64,000 bases of DNA from Clostridiales bacterium (GTDB lineage: Bacteria; Bacillota; Clostridia; Oscillospirales; Oscillospiraceae), in NCBI GenBank assembly GCA_022786995.1, contig JALFUW010000073.1:12894-76893 (forward strand), given 5' to 3'. Below, piece by piece: positions 1 through 6,969 of the stretch. The number at the start of each line of letters is the position of its first letter. Position 1 is the first letter of the stretch. Made by a program: the position numbers and the translations under genes. The notes under the pieces were generated by a model, which was not told the DNA's origin, searched no databases, and was given only the letters and a program-made list of their open reading frames with translations.

Positions 1-38
1 TGATCGTGCTGCTGATACCCAAACAGCGGAAAAAATAG
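1..38 (+). CDS. C-terminal tail of an upstream membrane-anchored protein (sortase or pilin), truncated by window edge
   Basis: Frame reads IVLLIPKQRKK* (hydrophobic then basic tail), TAG at 36-38, directly before the LPQTG protein. Confidence 0.6.
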   Translation, partial: IVLLIPKQRKK

Positions 39-39
39 C

Positions 40-975
40 GTGGTGATAATGATGACTCGATGCAAGCGAATATTGGCGGCGGTTCTGTGCCTGGCGGCGC
101 TGCTTTCCGGCCTTGCCCTGCCGACTGAGGCCGCAGGGGGGCTGGACATCAGCAAGACGGTCAGCCTGACCATCAAGCATAAATATGCCGTGGAGGATCT
201 CAGCTTTTCGGTATACCGCATTGCGCAGCTGCAATCCGACGGAACCCTGAAGGCGCTGCCGCCCTTTGAAAAGTACGTCAAGAAAATTCTGGCGACGCAG
301 AGGGAAGCGGATTGGGTATCCATTGCGTGGGAGCTGGAGCAGGATGGGGAAACGCTGAACAAGGCGGAGGTAAAAACCGCTGCCACCAACTCAAAGGGCA
401 CAGCCTCGATCACCGGGCTGAAGCCGGGACTGTATCTGATCGGGAGCACGAGGAAGGTTGGCTCCGGGAAGATTTACGTCACCGATGCTTCTCTGATCAC
501 GCTGCCGCGAAAGGATAACAGGGGCTGGAGCTGCGACGTGGTGGTGAACGCCAAGGCCGACGCGCTGACGCGGTATCAGGATTTGAAGGTGGTCAAGGTC
601 TGGAAGGATGCCTGCCACCCGGAGCGGCGGCCCACCTCCATTACCATCCGCCTGCTGCGGGACGGCGAGGTATTTGACAAGGTGGTTCTGCCGAAGAACG
701 GAAAGTGGTCATATACCTGGGAGCACTTGGACATGACCCACGAATGGACGGTGGAGGAGGAGCGGGTTACGGGGTACAGGAACCCGGCGGTGACCTTTGA
801 AAACGGAATCTTCACGGTGACCAATACCTGCAGCCGCCCCGGAACGCACTACAATACCCGCCTGCCCCAAACCGGCCAGCTGTGGTGGCCGGTGCCGGTG
901 CTGCTGGCCGGGGGGCTGGTGCTGGTGATCATCGGTCTTGTGCGCCGCCGAGAGGACGATTATGAGGAAAGGTAA
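40..975 (+). CDS. Sortase-anchored surface protein / minor pilin with Cna-B-type domain
   Basis: N-terminal signal peptide; Cna-B signature (VVKVWKD...RPTSITIRLLRDGE...W.Y.W..L...TVTNT); C-terminal LPQTG + TM helix + RRR. Confidence 0.88.
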   Translation: MVIMMTRCKRILAAVLCLAALLSGLALPTEAAGGLDISKTVSLTIKHKYAVEDLSFSVYRIAQLQSDGTLKALPPFEKYVKKILATQREADWVSIAWELEQDGETLNKAEVKTAATNSKGTASITGLKPGLYLIGSTRKVGSGKIYVTDASLITLPRKDNRGWSCDVVVNAKADALTRYQDLKVVKVWKDACHPERRPTSITIRLLRDGEVFDKVVLPKNGKWSYTWEHLDMTHEWTVEEERVTGYRNPAVTFENGIFTVTNTCSRPGTHYNTRLPQTGQLWWPVPVLLAGGLVLVIIGLVRRREDDYEER

Positions 976-1660
976 TCTTCTGATCACGTTGGGCCTGCTG
1001 CTGATGGCAGGCGCCGCCGGACTTTCCGGCTTCAACCTCTGGCAGAGCGAGCGGGCGGGACAGGCAGCTGCCCGGGATCTGGAAATTCTGGTAGACACCC
1101 GGAAAGCTCCGCCTGCGACCCTGCCGGAACTGCCTGCCCTGTCTGTTCCCGTTGAGGAATACATGGCGGTGCCGGAAATGGAAATGCCGGTGGTGGAGGT
1201 CAACGGCCGGGAGTATGTGGGAACGCTGGAGCTGCCTGCCATCGGCCGGACGCTGCCGGTGCTGAACGGCTGGGATGCGGAGCTTCTGCAAGTGGCGCCC
1301 TGCCGCTATGAAGGCTCCGCCTACACCGGGAATCTGATCATCATGGCCCACAATTACGATTCCCACTTCGGTAAGCTGAAAAATCTGCGATCGGGCGACG
1401 CAGTCATCTTCCGGGATATGGAAGGGAATACCTTTTCCTATGAGGTCGTATCCATGGAGACGCTGAACCCGGAGGATACGCAAAAAATGGAGGAAGGAGA
1501 CTGGGATCTGACCCTGTTTACCTGCACGGTAGGCGGCAAGACCCGGGTCACCGTCCGCTGCGCTCTAGCGGAGACCGCAATGAGCACGGAATATAGGCAA
1601 CACCGCACAATGGGAGCTGCGGGCTTTGGCGGGCCTTTTGCCCCATCCGTGCAGTTCTGA
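962..1660 (+). CDS. Sortase (class C/D-like)
   Basis: N-terminal TM anchor, catalytic His (AHNY), LTLFTC motif and downstream Arg (KTR); start at ATG 962 overlaps the upstream gene; the last ~21 codons lie inside a palindromic element. Confidence 0.9.
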   Translation: MRKGNLLITLGLLLMAGAAGLSGFNLWQSERAGQAAARDLEILVDTRKAPPATLPELPALSVPVEEYMAVPEMEMPVVEVNGREYVGTLELPAIGRTLPVLNGWDAELLQVAPCRYEGSAYTGNLIIMAHNYDSHFGKLKNLRSGDAVIFRDMEGNTFSYEVVSMETLNPEDTQKMEEGDWDLTLFTCTVGGKTRVTVRCALAETAMSTEYRQHRTMGAAGFGGPFAPSVQF

Positions 1661-1756
1661 AAATGGGAAATACACAAAGTATTCCCACATTTCCAGAACT
1701 TTCGGCTAGGGCAAAATCCCTCGCCAAATCTCCTTGCCCCATTATGCGGTGTTGTC
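1596..1756. repeat. 161-bp nested palindromic element (MITE/REP-like)
   Basis: Terminal IR ggcaacaccgcacaatggg / cccattatgcggtgttgtc, with nested IRs tttggcg..cgccaaa, ttttgccc..gggcaaaa and agttctg..cagaact. Confidence 0.75.
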
Positions 1757-1765
1757 ATACGGAAG

Positions 1766-1795
1766 GGATCAGGTAGGTTCACCTGATCCTTTTTT
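1766..1795 (+). terminator. Rho-independent terminator after the sortase cluster
   Basis: Stem ggatcaggt/acctgatcc followed by T6. Confidence 0.8.
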
Positions 1796-1799
1796 GCGC

Positions 1800-2208
1800 A
1801 TTTTACCCGGATAAGGCGGAAAAACCAGATAAAATCCTCTTTTTTGCAGACCTGAAACAGGGTAAACAGACAAAACAGCAGAATGAGAAAGACCACGCAC
1901 CGTGCCGAAACCGCAGCCAGTCTCGCTGCGCCCCATAGTGCCGCCAGCGCGGCGGACAGGGCCAGCAGGGGAATGTGGGCGGGCAGCCGCTCCCCGGTAA
2001 TGCGCAGGAGCCTGCGCAGACTGAGAATGAAATTTACCAGATGGGTCACGAGAAAGCTGACAAAATACCCCTCCATTCCATATTTGGGGAGCAAATAATA
2101 GAGAAATGTCACATCCATGGCGGAGGTCAGAATGTTGTAGCGGACGCAGGCCTTCTGCTGTTCCAGCCCTTTGGTCATGGTGTCGGTGATGGCGTCGCAG
2201 TACAGCAT
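1800..2208 (-). pseudogene. 3' fragment of SpoVB/MATE-like polysaccharide flippase
   Basis: MLYCDAITDTMTKGLEQQKACVRYNI...LLPKYGMEG resembles the SpoVB C-terminal region; the N-terminal majority is absent; the frame runs on without a stop into the palindrome. Confidence 0.65.
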
Positions 2209-2483
2209 AGCATTCAGAATGTTTTTCTCCGCTACCTAGCATTTAATCATTTTGCAGTCGCAGTTACGTGTCATACAGCGGAACCAGGCTGTTGGGCTTT
2301 CCTTGGGGCGGGGAACATACCGCTTCATAATTCCCCCGCACTTTTCACAATACAGCACTCCAGCAAACGGGTTTTTAATTGCCGTTCCGTATGATTTGAG
2401 GTGTGTTTATGGCGGTTCAATATCTCCTGCACCTGATCCCACTGTTCCTCTGTGATAATAGACTCATGTCTGCCCTCATACAG
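2209..2483 (-). pseudogene. Internal fragment of a large serine recombinase (recombinase domain end + Zn ribbon)
   Basis: Manual translation LYEGRHESIITEEQWDQVQEIL.../NPFAGVLYCEKCGGIMKR...WFRC..C; 1-nt frameshift in the T run at 2372-2376 and in-frame TAG at 2236-2238. Confidence 0.8.
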
Positions 2484-2894
2484 TTACTCGCCCATGTCGC
2501 GGGAGTTGGCACTGTTAATGATCTGTCCGGTGGCTTCATTGATGAAGTCAACGGCGATGTTCTCTACCTCGGTGCCATTGAAAATATTGTACATTCCGCC
2601 GTACATATAGAACGCCAGCACGGAGAAGGACTCTGCCAGATTCAGTTCAGAGGAAGTCGTGGTCACTTTGAACTTGGTGAAGTCAGAGTTCGGTTCGATC
2701 TTCGTGAAAGAATAATCCTCAGAAGCAATCATTTCATCCAGAGCTTCCTCAATGGACTCCTTGATGCCTTCCATTACTTCCTTGTGCTGTCCCTTGGTCA
2801 TCTTGTAGGTAACACTGCCATCGTCGTTGAGCTTGGCGGAGAGGAATTTTCCGGCACTGACATTGGCATCCAGATCAGCCTGGGTTCTACTCAT
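2484..2894 (-). CDS. Hypothetical protein; probably the C-terminal part of a clostridial lipoprotein-like protein fused to a foreign start (MSR)
   Basis: GGAGG SD and ATG at 2894; host-like codon usage from codon 4 on; abrupt switch to AT-rich DNA upstream; no signal peptide. Confidence 0.55.
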   Translation of the reverse strand: MSRTQADLDANVSAGKFLSAKLNDDGSVTYKMTKGQHKEVMEGIKESIEEALDEMIASEDYSFTKIEPNSDFTKFKVTTTSSELNLAESFSVLAFYMYGGMYNIFNGTEVENIAVDFINEATGQIINSANSRDMGE

Positions 2895-3045
2895 TTTTTG
2901 TTTTTCCTCCTGTTTTTTATTTCTTGTGTTTATACATACGCACGAAATAAAAAAAGACAAAAGAAAATAGAAAAATTTTGATAAAATTTTTACGTGGTTT
3001 TCTTTTGGCGTGAAAGTAGAAACACACAAAAAAAGCACACAAGAT

Positions 3046-3270
3046 TAGAGCCATCGGCGTTTGAGATTGGGAAGGCATCGCCGTGGGTGAAACCCGTTGA
3101 GATTGGGGAAGTCTTTCTGACTGGGGGCAACGCCACCGATAAGAATGGTAGAGCATCGCTCAGGCAAAGCCTGTGAGATTGGGAAGGCATCGCCGAGGGC
3201 AAAGCCCTTTGAGATTAGGGAAGGCTTTCTGCCTGGGACAAAGTCCCGGTAAGAAACTGACGGTAGGAGG
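3046..3270 (+). repeat. Tandem array of TGAGATT(G/A)GG(G)AAG units with hairpins (112-bp period)
   Basis: tgagattgggaaggcatcgccg at 3062 and 3174; variants at ~3098 and ~3210; five short stem-loops. Confidence 0.75.
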
Positions 3271-3280
3271 ACGAACACTT

Positions 3281-3937
3281 ATGAAAGCCGAGGCTGTAAT
3301 AAGTGTAAGGACTTATACCGATCTGAAGTTCGGCCCCAACATCAAGGACTGGCCCGAAATGCCTGCCCTGACCGACGATCTGTTGGTGAAGGTCTGCTCC
3401 TACATCACCGACCCCGTCACTACTACCGATGAGCTGATTCCCTCCGGCGAGACCTCCTCCTACCGTTCCAACCCCGAGCGTCTTTCCGAGTTTGCCCTGT
3501 CCCGCCGGGCCCCCCAGTACGTCAGCCGCTCCAAGGTCATGCGGCAGATGGAGCGTGACCGCCGTGCAGGCAAGGGTCTGGCGGAAGAAGTGAAGGCTGT
3601 CTATGCCGCCCTCACCGCTGCCGGTGTGAAGAATGATCCCGAGAACACCGATCTGGGTTCCACCATCTTCGCCAACATGCCCGGCGACGGCTCCGCCCGG
3701 GAGCAGGCAGCTTCCTGCCAGCGTGTCATGGGCGCAAGTGCCAACTTTGCCAAGGCCTACGCCACCAAGCGCTACCGCTCCAACTGCATCAACTGGGGCA
3801 TGACTCCCTTCCGCAATGAAATCTTTGCGACTCTTGAAAAGGTAGTTGATCGCTTGTGTGATACCATTTGCTCTTTGTCTAACAATGTCATTTCCAGCAT
3901 TACTGGCAGAGATTGGATAATTGAAGTTTTTAATTAA
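3281..3937 (+). pseudogene. Chimeric ORF: orphan start + aconitase-like (YbhJ-type hydratase) swivel-domain fragment + IS630 transposase tail
   Basis: AGGAGG SD; 3317-3811 reads FGPNIKDWP...[10 protein letters not shown]...[11 protein letters not shown]...YRSNCINWG (aconitase C-terminal domain); abrupt GC/codon shifts at both junctions. Confidence 0.8.
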
Positions 3938-3947
3938 GAATTAGTAT
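3809..3947 (+). mobile_element. Right-end remnant of an IS630-family element
   Basis: [23 protein letters not shown]...SITGRDWI resembles IS630 transposase C-termini; AT-rich; ends near a TA (ttagta). Confidence 0.6.
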
Positions 3948-3948
3948 C

Positions 3949-4485
3949 AGTGCTAAGGATATTATCGGCAACAAAAAGAAACTGACCCAGTGGCAGGATG
4001 ATTTCTGGAAGCACATGGTCAAAAAGTACCCGGACTTTGAGCGCGGCGAATCCGCCAGCGAAACCGGCAGAACCCACATCCTGCCGAGGCTGTTCAAGGA
4101 AGCGGTTCGCCTGAATCGCCAGAAGGACAAGATCGCCCAGCTGCTTTTGGAAATCACCCCTTTGAACGCAAAGAAGAAATCCATGGAAATAGAAGCAATT
4201 CTGGATGACTACATCCCCAGCGTGGAAAAGCTGATAACCCGGATGAAGAAAGCCAGCAGCACGGTGAAAGAACTGAAAAAGGAAATCGCTGCACTGGAGC
4301 AGGAAGTCAACAGCAGTAAGGCCAGCGTCCAGCGGCAGTTGGAGCTGGCCAGGAAGCTGCAGGAGTTTGAGGCTCTCCAGCAGACTGTGCAGGATTTGGA
4401 GGATGAGATTGCCGCCATCCCGCCCGAAATTCGCGGGAAATACAATATCAAAACTGAAAGAAAGGAAACTATTGCCCTTGAGTAA
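3949..4485 (+). pseudogene. 3' fragment of MobV/Pre plasmid-recombination relaxase
   Basis: SAKDIIGNKKKLTQWQDDFWKHMVKKYPDFERGESASETGRTHI followed by a coiled coil; the N-terminal HUH catalytic part is missing. Confidence 0.8.
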
Positions 4486-4732
4486 TATTAGTGCAGTACC
4501 CAATGTTTTACGCAGTTCTGCGTGCAAAAATTGTTCATTTGACAACACCGCACCGGTGATGTATACTGTAGACGATATCCAGAGAATATTTAGCATTGGC
4601 AGAACAAAAGTCTATCAGCTGATGTGTTCCAGTGGATTTCCGGCTATCCGGCTTAACAAGAAGCTCCTGGTATCAAAGGAGAAACTTGAAGAATGGATAC
4701 GGAAAAACAGCGGTAAGACCTACAATTACTGA
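4478..4732 (+). CDS. Excisionase-like helix-turn-helix (HTH_17/Xis) protein
   Basis: MYTVDDIQRIFSIGRTKVYQL...FPAIRL...LVSKEKLEEWI; start is TTG 4478 (SD gaaagga) or ATG 4559; next to an att site. Confidence 0.8.
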   Translation: MSNISAVPNVLRSSACKNCSFDNTAPVMYTVDDIQRIFSIGRTKVYQLMCSSGFPAIRLNKKLLVSKEKLEEWIRKNSGKTYNY

Positions 4733-4824
4733 GCGCAAAATGATTAACAGATGATTATCATTTTGGAGTAATCGAATCAAAAAGTGATTGGTATCACAAG
4801 GGTTTTCGACAGTTGTCAATATGC

Positions 4825-4869
4825 CTGCAAAACTCTCATTCGCCAGTTCAAATCTGGCCGGTACCTCCA
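4825..4869 (+). pseudogene. 3' half of tRNA-Cys(GCA): displaced att site of an integrative element
   Basis: CT-GCA-AA anticodon loop, T arm gccag-TTCAAAT-ctggc, acceptor 3' strand and U-CCA end; 5' half absent. Confidence 0.85.
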
Positions 4870-4909
4870 AACAAAAGGACATCCACTAGGATGTCCTTTT
4901 TGTTTGGAG
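4865..4909 (+). terminator. Terminator hairpin after the tRNA 3' end
   Basis: ctccaaacaaaaggacatcc-acta-ggatgtcctttttgtttggag. Confidence 0.75.
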
Positions 4910-4916
4910 AAATCGA

Positions 4917-5039
4917 ACCGACCAGATTTGAAAGATCAAATGCAGATGTCCGGTGGACATCTGCTCGAACCCGGCTGGACGGGTTCGACACCATGATTTT
5001 CTTCCCTTTGGGAAGAAAATGTAACAAATCTGGCCGGTA
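4917..5039. repeat. tRNA-linked multi-hairpin element closed by copies of the tRNA 3' sequence
   Basis: Three perfect hairpins (4942-4964, 4965-4988, 4996-5020) flanked by an antisense (4917-4932) and a direct (5025-5039) copy of the tRNA T-arm/acceptor sequence. Confidence 0.75.
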
Positions 5040-5057
5040 TCCGGATGCTTTGGACGC

Positions 5058-5107
5058 TGCATCTAAAGTGTTGCGAAGACACATGTTTACCCAACACTTT
5101 AGATGCA
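5058..5107. repeat. Perfect 16-bp inverted repeat
   Basis: tgcatctaaagtgttg-N18-caacactttagatgca; partial copies at 5124-5133 and 5219-5226. Confidence 0.75.
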
Positions 5108-5348
5108 ACTTGGAAAAAGTTGAATCTAAAGTGATTTTTACAGGTAAAGATTGAGAATTTGCTTGATAATTGTTTGATTCTCTTTGGTAAAATGTTAACA
5201 CGTTTTTTAGCAATTCCATAGATGCAAACACCCTTCGATACGCTTTTTGAACAGGCTCAGCCAGATACGACGAAGATATTCTCAGCGCCCTTTTTGATTT
5301 CGGACAGAATTTCAAAAAGGGCACTGATCTTTCAGCACCCTTTTCTCG

Positions 5349-5382
5349 GCCGTTCTCCTTTTTAGGGAGGACGGCTTTTTTT
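5349..5382 (+). terminator. Rho-independent terminator
   Basis: gccgttctcc...ggaggacggc followed by T7. Confidence 0.65.
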
Positions 5383-5569
5383 GTTTTCTAAACATACTAT
5401 CCCGCGTCTGGAAAGCAAATTGTATTTTTGCTGTCGTTAAATGGAGAATCATATCGATTCGGCAGGTTGTCCCATGTTTTATCCGTAGCCACGGCACAAT
5501 CAATCAGCACGAATGGGTTCGTGCTGATCTGACTGTGAAGATATACATAGTGGGCAACCTGAATCTTAC

Positions 5570-6214
5570 CTGTACCTGCTTAACCTGTTCGTTTTCAGCA
5601 AAGCTGGGAAGATAGCGGTTGACGATGGCTGCGCCTATGGGATCTTCCATGATGGCGGCGATGGTGCTGCGGGAGCTGAGGGACTCACCGGTGATCAGTT
5701 CGGGGTGTTTCCATGTGGTGACACTGGTGTGGCCGGCAGCAAGGGCACCGTCTACGGGTATGGCAGCGCCGGAGATGTAGCGGTCCATGTCGCTGGCAAG
5801 GAACAGGACGAGGTACGCGCATTCTCTGGGATCGCCCATGCGTTCGGAGGGGCAGTCCTTTTCGAAGAAGGACATGGCAGCTTCGCCCGCGTCGCCAAAG
5901 ATAGAGGTGCGGGTGTAACCGGGACAGATGGCGTTGACGGTGATCCCGTACTTCGCATAGTCCATGGCGGCCACTCTGGTCATACCTATGACACCGAACT
6001 TTGTTGCGGTGTAGAGGGCTTGACCACTCTGAGGCATGAGACCTGCAACGGAAGCTACATTGATCAGGAAGCCACCCTAGCTTTTGCTCTTGAAAATAGC
6101 TTCGGCACCATACTTCATACCAGCGAACACACCTTCGCTGTTTAGCGAGAAGATTTTGTTATAGTCCGCCATTTCGTATTCATGCAGAGGCGTGCCGCCC
6201 ATGCCCATTCCGGC
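5570..6214 (-). pseudogene. Short-chain dehydrogenase/reductase pseudogene
   Basis: INVASVAG, YxxxK (YTATK), ITVNAICPG and IPVDG motifs; in-frame TAG at 6077-6079; Rossmann N-terminus missing. Confidence 0.85.
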
Positions 6215-6216
6215 GT

Positions 6217-6393
6217 GAGTATCTGAAAAAACTACGTTTGGAACAGGCGCAAGCTCTCCTTACCGGCACGGATCTGTCGATCACGCGGATTTCTAACCAG
6301 GCCGGTTTCACGGACTACACCTACTTCTGCCGGAGTTTTAAGAAGGAATTCGGTCTGTCCGCCCAGAATTACCGCAAGCAGCGTAAAATCTAA
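6217..6393 (+). pseudogene. 3' fragment of an AraC-family regulator
   Basis: Manual translation EYLKKLRLEQAQALLTGTDLSITRISNQAGFTDYTYFCRSFKKEFGLSAQNYRK; no start codon. Confidence 0.85.
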
Positions 6394-6543
6394 GGAGGCT
6401 AAGGCAACACCGCTGAAATACGCGCATCCCAAAATCGTTGCAGCAGAGCCTAAAGTGTGATATCATAAACAAAAAGGATCAGGCGGTGTGCGTCATGCGT
6501 GATGTTGAAGCGATTGTACAATAGAGGAAAAGGAGGGGTTCCT

Positions 6544-6957
6544 ATGGTAAAAGAATTGATCCACGATCCGCTGTTTCTGGGCAGAAAGTCGGTACCCGCC
6601 GACAAGGGGGATTTGCAGACCGCGCAGGATCTGCTGGACACCCTTGCGGCTTACAAGGATACCTGCGTGGGCATGGCGGCGAATATGATCGGGGTCTGTA
6701 AGAGAATCATTGCCTTTGACAATGGGGGAACCTACATGCTCATGCTGAACCCGGAAATTGTCAAGGCGGCGGGGGAGTATGAGACGGAGGAAGGCTGCCT
6801 TTCTCTGCTGGGCGGCCCCCGGAAGACGAAACGGTACGAGAAAATCAAGGTGCGCTATCAGACAGTGGACTTCCAGACAAGGCTCAAAACCTTCACCGGC
6901 TGGACGGCCCAGATCATCCAGCACGAAATTGACCATTGTAACGGCATCCTGATCTGA
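6544..6957 (+). CDS. def: Peptide deformylase (short form)
   Basis: VGMAANMIG, EGCLS and QHEIDH motifs; AGGAGG SD. Confidence 0.92.
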   Translation: MVKELIHDPLFLGRKSVPADKGDLQTAQDLLDTLAAYKDTCVGMAANMIGVCKRIIAFDNGGTYMLMLNPEIVKAAGEYETEEGCLSLLGGPRKTKRYEKIKVRYQTVDFQTRLKTFTGWTAQIIQHEIDHCNGILI

Positions 6958-6969
6958 CGGAGGAAACCT

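Noticed and set aside
1438-1800. C-terminal extension of the 256-aa minus-strand ORF overlapping the sortase
   Set aside because: Read-through across a terminator and palindrome into the antisense of a real gene; not protein-like
3046-3270. CRISPR array or known riboswitch (glycine, c-di-GMP-I)
   Set aside because: Repeats are degenerate, the 'spacers' are themselves repeated hairpins of uneven length, no cas genes are present, and riboswitch core motifs are absent
4790-4869. Complete tRNA-Cys gene
   Set aside because: No 5' acceptor strand, D arm or 5' anticodon stem; only the 3' half is present
1782-6483. 13-bp inverted match (cctgatccttttt at 1782 / aaaaaggatcagg at 6471) bracketing the mosaic island, and short matches to the 1596 TIR at 4541 and 6403
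   Set aside because: Matches of 11-13 bp, partly homopolymer, are expected by chance in 64 kb; no TSD or transposase supports them as element ends
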